DNA of 59,487 nt, filler included. It is 5 parts of 5 records of this genome, joined end to end, with 100 filler letters (N's around TTAATTAATTAA, not from the genome) between each part and the next. Parts side by side here need not be neighbours in the genome. Positions count along the whole stretch, not along the records: positions 36,833 to 59,487 come from DRR723986_9839; 4 more parts are not named here. One strand, 5' to 3'. Positions 49,107 to 59,040 of this stretch are shown here, piece after piece. The notes beneath the pieces were generated by a model. It was not told where the DNA came from and searched no databases. It saw only the letters and a program-made list of their open reading frames with translations. How positions within the stretch are numbered: position 1 is the first letter of the stretch; each line of letters begins with the position of its first letter. The translations under genes and the position numbers were made by a program.

Positions 49107-49172
49107 GAAAGGTAATCTGGACCAAAAAATTCAGATATAAAAACTGTAACAAATTATCTTAAAATGGTAACA
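49107..49172 (-). promoter_or_regulatory. Regulated promoter: -7 box plus TGTTAC-N15-TGTTAC direct repeat
   Basis: Minus-strand TACCTTTC at 49107-49114; plus-strand GTAACA at 49146 and 49167. Confidence 0.6.
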
Positions 49173-49223
49173 GGGCAATATTATGAGGAAGTAATGAACC
49201 TTCTGCTTTCCCGGTCAAGGCCT

Positions 49224-50750
49224 TTATAGCGCTGCTTTTGCTTTCACAAATCGGAAAATCACCTCCGTTCCACCTTCCTCATCAAGATGATCGATTATTT
49301 CAAAATGATAATCACCTGATTCATTTTTGCTAAAAAGCTCCAGTCTGTTTTTGACCAGGTTTAGTCCGATTGATTCCTTTTGGATCGTTCGATTGGCATT
49401 GAATTGTTTACTTTTTGCTCGCCCGATGCCATTATCCCGAATGGAAAGCAGAATGGCCTCCCTTTTTTTCCTTAGAAGAACCCTGATCTTTTTCTGTCCT
49501 TCTTTATGCATCAAGCCATGCCAGATGGCGTTTTCAAAAAATGGCTGAAGAATCAAGGGTGGAAGCGAGAGTTCATTGAGACGAAGATCCTCCGGTAAAT
49601 CTAGACTAAAATCAATACCCTCCTCAAATCGAATGGATTCCAGATCCAAGTAAAGCTTGGCAATTTCCAGTTCTTCTCCCAGTGATATTTTAGGTTTGCG
49701 AGAGCTCTCCAGCACCATCCGTATAAGCTTAGAAAAGCGGTTCAGATAAAATACAGCGCGGTCTTTGTCGCCGTTGATCAGGAAAACTTTGACCGAATTG
49801 AGCGAATTAAAAATAAAATGTGGGTTCATTTGGCTCTGAAGGGATTGCAAATGAAGTTTATTGATTTCTTGCTCGTAGGTGGACTTGATTCGCTGCAGTC
49901 TTTCGGAGGCTACATTGGCAGTTAATGAATGGATATTCTCTTGTTTTTGAGCGAGTTTAGTCGCCAATTCCCGATTTAGTGCTTCCCGTAAACTATCATT
50001 TTCCCGAAGCTTTTCCACCAATTCACCTTGCGCCTTTAGTTTATCCAAAAAAACCTCCCGCTGTTTGATCGCGAGAGCATAAGTGAAAAAGAAGTTTTCA
50101 ATCAAAATCCCCAAATAGAAAATAAAGAAATACCGGTCAGTGTAAGCTAGATCTTTTCCGATGGTCATAAAACCTACCAAAAAGGAAGATATTCCCACTA
50201 TCAAAAAACCGTAGAGTATGGGTTTTTTGACCTTTTCTTCTGTCTTGATAATCAGGTAAACTCCGCAAATCATGAAGACAAGCGTGATGGGCATGAATAC
50301 GAAAAAATAAAATTGCCTCATCAGAACGTATCCATCCCAAATGAATACTCCTATGAACAGAATAAAGAAAGCTACAGAGACACCTACCGTGTAGCGAATG
50401 TAATAGCGGATAAACTTAGGATGATAGTTCCTGAGCCTTAGGATTTCTATCAAAAAATAGGAAAAAACAATGAAGCTTGTAAACTGCAATGGGGTAATAC
50501 TTATCCTAAAAAACTCCGGGAAAGTAAAATAGATTTCTTTCAGATAACTATAATACGGTCGTCCGATCAGCGCAAGGGCGTTGACAAAAGCATAAATACT
50601 GTAATAGAAAAAGTACTTTTCCCTGTTTTTGATATAAAGGATGAGATGAAAAAGTCCCAGGTAAAACAAAATAGAGATGGCCATGACTGCCAACCCATTT
50701 CTATTGCTGTTGTGTAAAAAATCAATTAGATACTGAAAATAGAGATCCAT
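49224..50750 (-). CDS. LytS/YehU-type sensor histidine kinase with 7TM-DISM-like membrane domain
   Basis: About 7 transmembrane helices, H-box SQMNPHFIFN, QPFFENAIWHG and DNGIG. Confidence 0.9.
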   Translation of the reverse strand: MDLYFQYLIDFLHNSNRNGLAVMAISILFYLGLFHLILYIKNREKYFFYYSIYAFVNALALIGRPYYSYLKEIYFTFPEFFRISITPLQFTSFIVFSYFLIEILRLRNYHPKFIRYYIRYTVGVSVAFFILFIGVFIWDGYVLMRQFYFFVFMPITLVFMICGVYLIIKTEEKVKKPILYGFLIVGISSFLVGFMTIGKDLAYTDRYFFIFYLGILIENFFFTYALAIKQREVFLDKLKAQGELVEKLRENDSLREALNRELATKLAQKQENIHSLTANVASERLQRIKSTYEQEINKLHLQSLQSQMNPHFIFNSLNSVKVFLINGDKDRAVFYLNRFSKLIRMVLESSRKPKISLGEELEIAKLYLDLESIRFEEGIDFSLDLPEDLRLNELSLPPLILQPFFENAIWHGLMHKEGQKKIRVLLRKKREAILLSIRDNGIGRAKSKQFNANRTIQKESIGLNLVKNRLELFSKNESGDYHFEIIDHLDEEGGTEVIFRFVKAKAAL

Positions 50751-50762
50751 CCATTCCCCGAT

Positions 50763-52259
50763 TTACAGCCAAAATACGATTTCTGTGCCTTCTTCGCCTG
50801 CTTGGATATGATCCACAATCTCAAAATGGTAATTGACAGACTCGGATTGGTTGAACAACTGCAGCCTGTCCTTAGACAAACTCATCCCGATTGACTCCTT
50901 TTTTAGGGTTCTATTAGCATTGATTTCTTGGGATTTTTTCCGGCCAATTCCATTATCACGGATTGACATTTTTAAGCCTGCTTCTACCTTTTCTATGTTG
51001 ACTTTTATCCATTTTTCACCGCCTTTATTCATCAGTCCATGCCAGATGGCATTTTCAAAAAACGGCTGCAGGAGGAGCGGAGGAAAATAGATATCACTCA
51101 ACCTGACCTCCTCGCAAACATCCAGTTGGAAATCAATTCCATCCTCGAAACGGATCGACTCCAGAGTCAAGTAAAGTTTGGCGATTTCCAATTCTTCGCC
51201 CAGTGAAATCCTCGTTTTGCGCGAGCTCTCCAGCACCATGCGGATTAATTTGGAAAACCGATTCAGGTACAAAATAGCCCGATCCTTATCCTTATCTATC
51301 AAAAAGACTTTGATGGAATTCAGGGCATTGAAGATGAAATGGGGATTCATCTGACTTCTTAACGAGTGGAGATGAAGACGGGTAATCTCTCGTTCAAAAT
51401 CCGCTTTTACCCGCTCCATTCGCTCATCTTCTGCATCAGCAGCCAGAGAGAGCAATTGCTCCTCTTTGAGATTCAACTCACTCTGAAGGCTTTGATTGAG
51501 CTGCTCACGTAGTTCTTCATTTTCTTTGAGTTTTGCCAGGAGCTCCTCCTGGACTTCAATCTTTTCTTCGAAAATATCCCGCTGCTTGACTGCCAGTGCA
51601 AAAGTAAAAAGCAGGTTTTCTAGCAGGACACCAATGTAATACACATAATAATTTTGATCGATGACCTCCACTGGCTGGCCTATTGTCAGAATCGCTACCA
51701 GAAAGGCACTTATCCCCAAAAACAAAGATCCTATCAGGATGTAATACCTGATAGGATCTTTGGTCTTTGTCACCAAATAGCTGCCATAGATCATCACAAA
51801 AAAATAGATCGGAAGAAATACATAGTAAAAAAACTCCTGCATCGCGCTAAAGGAAGGAAACAACCATTCAAGCACAGCTAAAATCACATACAAGATCGTT
51901 CCGGAAAGTGTGAAATAATTAAAAAACCGGACAAACTTCGGCAATTGGACTTTCAAGTGAACCACCTCTATCACGAAGTAAGAAAAGAGGATGTAGCTAG
52001 CGAATTTCAGAGGGGAATCCAGTTGGATGAAAAAATCAGGAAAGGCCCGAAAGATGTCCTGAAAAAAAACATTGTAGGGTACAGGGATCAGGATCAGGAC
52101 ATTTGTAAATGCATAGGTGCTGTAGAAAAGATAGAATTTCTCCCGGGTCTTTAAAAACAGGACAAAGTGATAAACAAACAGGTAAAACAGGATGGAGATA
52201 ATACTGAAGCCCAGCCCATTGTAATTACTATCATATAAAAAATCCAAAAACCAATCCAT
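50763..52259 (-). CDS. LytS/YehU-type sensor histidine kinase with 7TM-DISM-like membrane domain (paralog)
   Basis: About 7 transmembrane helices, SQMNPHFIFN, QPFFENAIWHG and DNGIG. Confidence 0.9.
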   Translation of the reverse strand: MDWFLDFLYDSNYNGLGFSIISILFYLFVYHFVLFLKTREKFYLFYSTYAFTNVLILIPVPYNVFFQDIFRAFPDFFIQLDSPLKFASYILFSYFVIEVVHLKVQLPKFVRFFNYFTLSGTILYVILAVLEWLFPSFSAMQEFFYYVFLPIYFFVMIYGSYLVTKTKDPIRYYILIGSLFLGISAFLVAILTIGQPVEVIDQNYYVYYIGVLLENLLFTFALAVKQRDIFEEKIEVQEELLAKLKENEELREQLNQSLQSELNLKEEQLLSLAADAEDERMERVKADFEREITRLHLHSLRSQMNPHFIFNALNSIKVFLIDKDKDRAILYLNRFSKLIRMVLESSRKTRISLGEELEIAKLYLTLESIRFEDGIDFQLDVCEEVRLSDIYFPPLLLQPFFENAIWHGLMNKGGEKWIKVNIEKVEAGLKMSIRDNGIGRKKSQEINANRTLKKESIGMSLSKDRLQLFNQSESVNYHFEIVDHIQAGEEGTEIVFWL

Positions 52260-52263
52260 ATTT

Positions 52264-52974
52264 TTAAGATTTAAGTTGATTTTTGAGTACTTCCAGAAAC
52301 TCCTTTTTTCTCAAGCGGGAAAGCGGAAGGCCCTCACCGGATTTCATCAGCACCTGCGACTGGCTTTTATCCAAAAGCTCAAAATGTTCCATATTAATCA
52401 GGTAACTATGATGAATTCTGAAAAAAGGAAATTGCTGTAACTGTGACTGTAAGTGTTTGAGGTTCTTGGAAACCATTAGTTTAGATCCACAAATGAGGTG
52501 AACACAGGTATAGCTGCCCTCGCTTTCGCAGTAGGTAATTTCCTTGGTTCGGATCATCCGCAATTCCTGGTCGGTATTCAAAAGAATCTTTTCGTGAGGT
52601 GTCGTCTGAGTCTGCGTTTTTTTATCCTCCAATTTGGTCAATACACGATCCAAATCCTCTCCGTCCACCGGCTTGAGTAAGTAATCAAACGCATGCTCTC
52701 GTATCGCCTGAATAGCATACTCGGAATAAGCCGTGACAAACACCACCTCGAAATTTCTGGGATTGATTTTTTCCAAAAACCGAAAACCATCCATCTGCGG
52801 CATCTCAATATCTAAAAATAAACAGTCAATAGACATCTGATTTAAGCCGGAAAGTGCATCAGCAACTGTTGAAAATGTATTGATGATTTCTATCCGATTT
52901 TCAAAAAGTGACAACTCATACTCCAATGAGAGGATTGACTTGGGTTCATCATCCAAAATAGCTACTCTTATCAT
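52264..52974 (-). CDS. LytTR-family response regulator
   Basis: Receiver motifs LDDE, FLDIEMP, FVTAY and LLKP; LytTR motif FFRIHHSYLIN. Confidence 0.95.
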   Translation of the reverse strand: MIRVAILDDEPKSILSLEYELSLFENRIEIINTFSTVADALSGLNQMSIDCLFLDIEMPQMDGFRFLEKINPRNFEVVFVTAYSEYAIQAIREHAFDYLLKPVDGEDLDRVLTKLEDKKTQTQTTPHEKILLNTDQELRMIRTKEITYCESEGSYTCVHLICGSKLMVSKNLKHLQSQLQQFPFFRIHHSYLINMEHFELLDKSQSQVLMKSGEGLPLSRLRKKEFLEVLKNQLKS

Positions 52975-53179
52975 GGCAGGTTACATTAGTTGGGATCAAA
53001 AAACTAGTGGCATCACACGCTCCTATCCAAGTTTTCAGCGATTCTATTAATTCTATGCCAGTTTAAGTTCCAACTTATCACTTTTTTAATGATTATGATT
53101 TCCTTTTACAAAAAATCCAATACATAGTCCAGATGAGGCTTTCAAAAAAAATAGCTTTAAGCATAATTCCTTAGGAGAT

Positions 53180-56100
53180 ATGAGATTGCGATTTTTTAAA
53201 ATACTTGTCCTTGGTTTAATAGAGTTGTTGAGTGCGCCTGCTTTTGGTCAAGAATCCATTCGTTTCCAGCAAGTCACTCAGGTAGCTGACTTGGTCAATG
53301 ATCAGGTAATCTCCGTGCGACAAGATCAGGAGGGTTTCCTATGGATACTTTCAAAGAGGGCACTAAAGCGATATGACGGCTACGAAGTCAGATCTTATCC
53401 TTCTAATTTTGACCTGGTGCTAGACGAGGGTTTGCTACTCAAAAGTGAGCTTTATTTTGATTCCAACGAACGTGTCTGGGTAATCAGCGGATCCCTTCAA
53501 CCCAAATACTTAGATCAGGTTACGGGAAAATTTCAGGAAATCCCTGATCTCAATTCTGTGACCACCATGTTGGAGCTTCAGCAGGGTGTTTTTTTGTTTG
53601 GCACGCTGAGTGGCCAACTTTTTCAATGGGATGAAGCTAAAAAGAGCAAAGAACTCGTCCTGGTCAAATCCAATCAAGAAATCGTCAAACTTTTGCGAGA
53701 TCCGGATAAGGAAGATCAGATCCTAATTCTTTTCAAGGATGAAATTGGAAGAATGAATACCAAGACTCAAGCTTACAGCATGGTGCATTCAATCCCAATT
53801 TCTAGTCCTGAAAAATTCACCACCGCCTATTTCGATAAAACCGGCAAGCTTTGGCTGGGGACTTTTCGTCATGGTTTGTATGCTATGACTGACTACAATT
53901 CCAGTCCAGCATCAATGGTTCATACATTTGTATCCACCGAGATTCATTCGCCTATTTTAGATATAATTGAAGATAAAGAAGCTAGAATTTGGGTCTCTAC
54001 TTTTGATGAGGGAATCTACGTTTGGGATACCAAATCGAATGAATGGGATCATTTCCGCTATCAAAAAAACAGCTCCCATACGCTGGCACACAATTTTGTC
54101 CCCACCTTACTGGAAGATGACTCAGGCACCATTTGGATTGGCACTTTCGGAGCCGGATTGAGCTTTTACGATTCCTATTTAAATCAATATCATTCGCTCA
54201 AAAATCAGAATACACCCAAAGATATAAACCTTGAAAATATCAAAACCATCTATACAGACTCCTCAGAGGTGATTTGGATCGGTACAGGAGGCAAAGGGCT
54301 GATATCCTATGATATGAAAAGTCAAAACTGGACCTCCTACCGCCCTTCTATTCCTAATGGCACATTTCTGAAAAGTGATCAGATACAACACCTCTCAGGG
54401 ATAGGGGAAAATCTATGGATCAGCTATACCCAGGGGGGCCTGAGCAAGTGGAACCCACAAACTGGTAAAAACACCTATTTTGATGAGAAAACAAGTCCTT
54501 CGATTCCAGAAGGACAGATCCTGAAGGTCTTTCCTGCCAGTGCCGATCACGTATGGCTATGTACCAAAGAGGAAGGTCTATTATTGTTTCACCCCCAAAA
54601 TGGGATCATCGGTCACTTTGATTTCAAACCAGATTCCATCAACTCATTCCCGGATAATCATATTACCGAACTACTTCATCCAGAAAAAGAGGTAGTCTGG
54701 GTAGGAACCGGCTCGCAGGGTCTGATTAAGCTTCATGCTGAGTCGGGGCATTTTCAGCAGTTTATGCCTAAACTGGAAGATAGCGACTCCCAACTCCCCT
54801 GGTCCATAACCAGTTTGACACAAGGCATTGACCACCAAATCTGGGTAGGAACCGCATCGCATGGCCTTTGGCTATTTGATTCAAAAACAGAAGAGTGGAA
54901 GTACCCTTCCGCATTGGTTCTGTTAAAAAACTCGCCCATCTATGGACTTTCGACAGATCAATTAGGGCAGGTATGGATAAGCACAGCACAAGGCGTGTCA
55001 TCCCTAGACTCGGGACCGGATGGGGAATTTAGGCTACATCATTTAGGAAGCAACGTCGAAGAAACTTTTTCCTTTGGCCAAGGAGTGTTTTTTCAAAATC
55101 CAGATCTGGGGATTTTCATAGGGGGGTTTGATCAAATCCTGTTTTTCAAAGGAAAAGAAATCCGTCAAAATTCCCTTCGTCCAAAAGTCACATTGATTAA
55201 GCTTACGCAAGGAAAAGAAGAAATCCCGATTGAGGATGGATTACGTCTAAGCCCCAGTCAAAATGACCTCACTTTCTATTTTTCTACCTTGAGCTTTTCT
55301 GCACCGGACCAAAGTATTTTTCAATACCGTCTATTGGGGACTGAGGACGAGTGGAGAATACAGCAAGGTATCAACCAAGTAAGCTATACTAATCTGAATC
55401 CGGGGGAGTATCAGTTTGAGATAAGAGGAAGTAACTATAATGGAGTCTGGAATGGAGAACCACTTGTTTTTAAGTTCCGAATCAAAACCCATTGGTATCA
55501 AACACTTTTCATAAAGCTGATACTAGCCATTAGCCTTGCTGTCCTGCTTTTTTTAATCTACCAATACCTGAAGTTTCGATGGTCAATGAAAGTAAAACTC
55601 GCGCTAAAGGATCAGGAAATGGAAAGGATGCTAGAGCTGGACCAGTTGAAATCAGCATTTTTCGGGAATATCTCCCATGAATTCCGAACCCCTTTGGCAC
55701 TAATCATGGGGCCGGCAGAGCGACTCTGGCAAAGCAGTGGAGATCTGGTAGTCAAATCTAAACTGAAACTGATCCTGGAAAATGCCAAAAAACTCATGGT
55801 TTTGACAGATAAGATTCTCACTATTAAAAAATTGTCTTCAGAGAAGTCTGCACTCCAGATCAAACTTGGCAATCTGAGCTTACTAATTCAATCTGTATTA
55901 GTAAATTTTTCATACCTGAGTGTTCAAAAAGAAATAGTCATCAGGTCACATATTCCATTGATCACGGAGGTCTGGTTTGATTCTGACAAAATGGAGGTCT
56001 TACTGGAGAATACAATCTACTTTGCTATAGAAGCAGCCCAAGCCAAATCAGCTATTAATGTAGAAGCCACTTTAGAAAACCAAAACCTGAGAATAACTGT

Positions 56101-57151
56101 AAGGTTTGAAGTTGATCCACAGCATCGACATGCCCTAAATAAAAACAAACAGTCTCCCAACTCTTACTCTGAACCAGCAGAACTTTTGATGAAGAAAAAA
56201 TTGATAGAAAAGTTGGTTCATGCTCACGAAGGCACATTTGACAGCCGCGTGGACAATGAATGGAAGGCAGTATTCCGAATGGAATTTTCAGTGGACAAAT
56301 ACAGCTATCATCCATCTTTTGTTCAAGAGGAGGAGGATATGGATACTGAGCTAATAGATCGCTTAGTACCAACCACCATCCATCTGGATACTGCCGCCTC
56401 CAAAATACTAGTGGTAGAGGATAATAAGAATTTAAGAGAATTCCTGTGCGAGGAGCTCGGAAAATCTTATGAGGTCCTAGAAGCAGAGAATGGAAAAACT
56501 GGGCTCTATGAAGCTTTGAAATCCAATCCAGATCTAATTTTATCTGATGTAATGATGCCAGAGATGGATGGCTTTGAATTTTGTGATAAAATCAAAACCA
56601 ACGAATTGACCTCACACATCCCTTTTATCCTTCTGACGGCCAAAACGGAAGAAGAATCTCAACTACTCGCACTCCGCCTAGGAGTTGATGATTATATCCA
56701 GAAGCCATTTTCTTTTCAAAAACTTGCCTTGAGAATTGAGAAATTAATTGAATTGAGAAATAAGTTGAGGGTTCGGTATGCAAGCTCAGTCCGGATAGCC
56801 CCTTCGGAGATCGCTTCATCTTCATTGGATGAAAAATTCCTTCAAAAAGTTCAAGAACTGGTCGATGATAAAATGATGGAGTCGGACTTTAGTATTGAGC
56901 AGTTTTGCCAGCATCTGGGTATGAGTAGAATGCAGCTGCACCGCAAGCTCACAGCGCTAACAGGCCTATCCACTTCCGCATTCATCAGGGATCAGCGGCT
57001 CCGGCTGGCGGTGCAAAAACTGGAAAAAACAGATGAAACCATTGCGGAGATCGCCTATTCGGTGGGTTTTAGCTCTCCCTCCTATTTTATCAAATGCTTC
57101 AAGGAATCCTACCAAATGACTCCAATGGAGTACCAAAAAGCGGCTTGCTAG
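53180..57151 (+). CDS. Hybrid two-component system protein (beta-propeller sensor, Y_Y_Y, TM, HisKA, degenerate HATPase, receiver, AraC HTH)
   Basis: Repeated D..G.(I/L)W.GT propeller blades, YTNLNPGEY, NISHEFRTPL, LSDVMMP and IAYSVGFSSPSYF. Confidence 0.93.
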   Translation: MRLRFFKILVLGLIELLSAPAFGQESIRFQQVTQVADLVNDQVISVRQDQEGFLWILSKRALKRYDGYEVRSYPSNFDLVLDEGLLLKSELYFDSNERVWVISGSLQPKYLDQVTGKFQEIPDLNSVTTMLELQQGVFLFGTLSGQLFQWDEAKKSKELVLVKSNQEIVKLLRDPDKEDQILILFKDEIGRMNTKTQAYSMVHSIPISSPEKFTTAYFDKTGKLWLGTFRHGLYAMTDYNSSPASMVHTFVSTEIHSPILDIIEDKEARIWVSTFDEGIYVWDTKSNEWDHFRYQKNSSHTLAHNFVPTLLEDDSGTIWIGTFGAGLSFYDSYLNQYHSLKNQNTPKDINLENIKTIYTDSSEVIWIGTGGKGLISYDMKSQNWTSYRPSIPNGTFLKSDQIQHLSGIGENLWISYTQGGLSKWNPQTGKNTYFDEKTSPSIPEGQILKVFPASADHVWLCTKEEGLLLFHPQNGIIGHFDFKPDSINSFPDNHITELLHPEKEVVWVGTGSQGLIKLHAESGHFQQFMPKLEDSDSQLPWSITSLTQGIDHQIWVGTASHGLWLFDSKTEEWKYPSALVLLKNSPIYGLSTDQLGQVWISTAQGVSSLDSGPDGEFRLHHLGSNVEETFSFGQGVFFQNPDLGIFIGGFDQILFFKGKEIRQNSLRPKVTLIKLTQGKEEIPIEDGLRLSPSQNDLTFYFSTLSFSAPDQSIFQYRLLGTEDEWRIQQGINQVSYTNLNPGEYQFEIRGSNYNGVWNGEPLVFKFRIKTHWYQTLFIKLILAISLAVLLFLIYQYLKFRWSMKVKLALKDQEMERMLELDQLKSAFFGNISHEFRTPLALIMGPAERLWQSSGDLVVKSKLKLILENAKKLMVLTDKILTIKKLSSEKSALQIKLGNLSLLIQSVLVNFSYLSVQKEIVIRSHIPLITEVWFDSDKMEVLLENTIYFAIEAAQAKSAINVEATLENQNLRITVRFEVDPQHRHALNKNKQSPNSYSEPAELLMKKKLIEKLVHAHEGTFDSRVDNEWKAVFRMEFSVDKYSYHPSFVQEEEDMDTELIDRLVPTTIHLDTAASKILVVEDNKNLREFLCEELGKSYEVLEAENGKTGLYEALKSNPDLILSDVMMPEMDGFEFCDKIKTNELTSHIPFILLTAKTEEESQLLALRLGVDDYIQKPFSFQKLALRIEKLIELRNKLRVRYASSVRIAPSEIASSSLDEKFLQKVQELVDDKMMESDFSIEQFCQHLGMSRMQLHRKLTALTGLSTSAFIRDQRLRLAVQKLEKTDETIAEIAYSVGFSSPSYFIKCFKESYQMTPMEYQKAAC

Positions 57152-57259
57152 TGATGAATTAATTCAAACTACGAAAGCATTAAAGGTAGAAATATAGATG
57201 CGGATTTATCGAGGAGCCTATTTAGCTTCATATATTGATGTTGTCAATCCAACTAAAAA

Positions 57260-57410
57260 AACGGACTACAAAAAACTGGATGGAGAGAAACCCTGTTGAC
57301 CCTTTATGAAAAAGAAGAAATCATCTCCAATCTGAAGTTTGAACTGGACAAGCTCAACAGTTATTTTTTTTGGAACCAAAAGCGAAAAAAAGAGACAGCC
57401 AGGCAGCTGA
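57260..57410 (+). pseudogene. Probable IS66 TnpC N-terminal remnant
   Basis: TLYEKEEIISNLKFELDKLNSYFF, then after a one-base shift GTKSEK, resembling the IS66 leucine zipper plus FGxKSEK motif. Confidence 0.55.
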
Positions 57411-57435
57411 AAAACAGCTCAGCTTTTTTGAGCTC

Positions 57436-57570
57436 GGAATCTCCGCGTTCCCATTTTCTAACGGCTTGCGGGCTGATAAACAGGTGCTGTGCAAGCTATT
57501 CCTGGGACATGTTTATTTCCTTTCGTGCTTTGGCAATCTTATTACCTATCATTGTTGTTTCCATCATCAT
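57436..57570 (-). pseudogene. XRE-family HTH remnant
   Basis: Manual translation gives MMMETTMIGNKIAKARKEINMSQE*LAQHLFISPQAVRKWERGDS. A consensus TATCTTTG -7 box lies upstream at 57601-57608. Confidence 0.75.
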
Positions 57571-57768
57571 GTTCTAGTTGTTTTTATGTTTTCGACCCTG
57601 CAAAGATACCTGAACCCATTTCTGGAATCATTAAAACAAAGACACAATTGGTTGTAGTCAAACTACTTATAGATGTATTATCCCACCCATTAGTAGTATT
57701 ATATAAAAAGTACCTCTCCTGAAGCGGGCGAAGACGGGTTGTAGCTATTGAGATAATGCTACCACTGG

Positions 57769-57945
57769 TCATTCGATACTATATTCCTTGATTTCTTTAT
57801 TAAGGGTAGTAACGGCGATTCCAAGCATCTCTGCAGATTTGGTTTTATTGCCGTTGAAATGACTGAGCACTTTTTAGATTTGGATCTTTTCAGCACTTGT
57901 CAACTCGAAAGCTAAAAGCGTTTTGTTCTTGGAATGTATATTTGG
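57769..57945 (-). pseudogene. Sigma-54 activator (NtrC-like) C-terminal Fis-HTH remnant
   Basis: Manual translation gives LLAFELTSAEKIQI*KVLSHFNGNKTKSAEMLGIAVTTLNKEIKEYSIE*. Confidence 0.75.
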
Positions 57946-58041
57946 ACTCTTATCAAGATCAATAAAAATAGGGGACAAAAAGTGGGAAAATTCGAATCAA
58001 ATGAAATTGGATCAGTCGGAATATCTGGGGAGCAGGTTTAT

Positions 58042-59040
58042 TCACGCATAGATATTAGATAGTCTGAACAGGAAGAATTCAATGTTAGTGACACCTCTGA
58101 ACTGAGCCCTGAATGCTTTTATTTTTGCATTGAATGATTCTGCTGATGCATTTGTACTCCTGTTTTCAAAGAAATTCAGAATGGAAGTGTAGTGATTCTG
58201 TATGGTTCTGGACACGGTATTGAATGATTTGAAGCCTGCTTCTTCCACTTCATTGTACCAATGAGCCAGCTTGGTGAAGGCGACACCTTTTAGCTTGTTT
58301 GATAGATCCTTGCCAGAGATCTCGATAGTTTGTAGGCTTTTTCCAGATCAGGGTAGCACCGGAAGAGAATCTCGGCCCTGTGTGCCTGCGATATTGTCCA
58401 TTTATCTTCTCCTTTGAAAAGCAGGTATCTGCTTCTGGCTAACAGTTGTTTTTCGGTATCACCATTTTCGAGCTTGTGTGGAATAAATGTTTTTTTACAC
58501 TCTCTACTGAGCTCCATTTCCTTGTTCTCCTGTTCAATAGCTTCCCATCTGTGGGCGATTCTCATTTCCTGAACTGCGTCATAGACCAGTTTCTGGACAT
58601 GAAACCGGTCAGTGACCAATTGGGCTTTGGGAAAACTACGGCGTACGATCTTTTCCATACTGGCGGCCATATCCAGTGTTACTTCCTCTACCTTTTTCCG
58701 TTTATTCTCGGGTAGTTGCCTGAGAACAGCATTCACTGTTTCACTTTCAGTCCCTTTTATCATGGCAACCAGAGCTCCCTTCTTACCTTTTGCTGCTTTA
58801 TTGGTCAGGACAGTATACAGTTCTCCTTGAGAGAGGGCTGTTTCATCAATGCTGAGATGTGTTCCCAGATTTTCAGGAAAAAGAATCCAGTCTTTAGCAT
58901 GTGGGCGTTGTTGCCAATCCAGGAAGTTGCTCAGATGGAAAACGTATTGATGCTCAAGGGTTTTTCCGTTTACCTGGAAGTTATCCGCTAGGCTTTTGCA
59001 ACTTACCGGCGATGAATCCAGTCGTTCCTTTTTAAAAAAA
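58042..59040 (-). pseudogene. ISL3 transposase catalytic region, frameshifted near 58290
   Basis: SIDET, TLDMA and TDRFHV, then a stop at 58290-58292. It continues in another frame as KGVAFTKLAHWY..TNASAESFNAKIK. Confidence 0.85.

Noticed and set aside
49073-52980. Shared 13-mer TTATCATGGCAGG around two start codons (49079 and 52974)
   Set aside because: It includes the start codon and a common second codon; plausibly chance, with no wider similarity.
53055-53083. ATGCCAGTT/TTATCACTT pair as a LytTR site between the divergent regulators
   Set aside because: Weak match with 20-bp spacing and a single instance.
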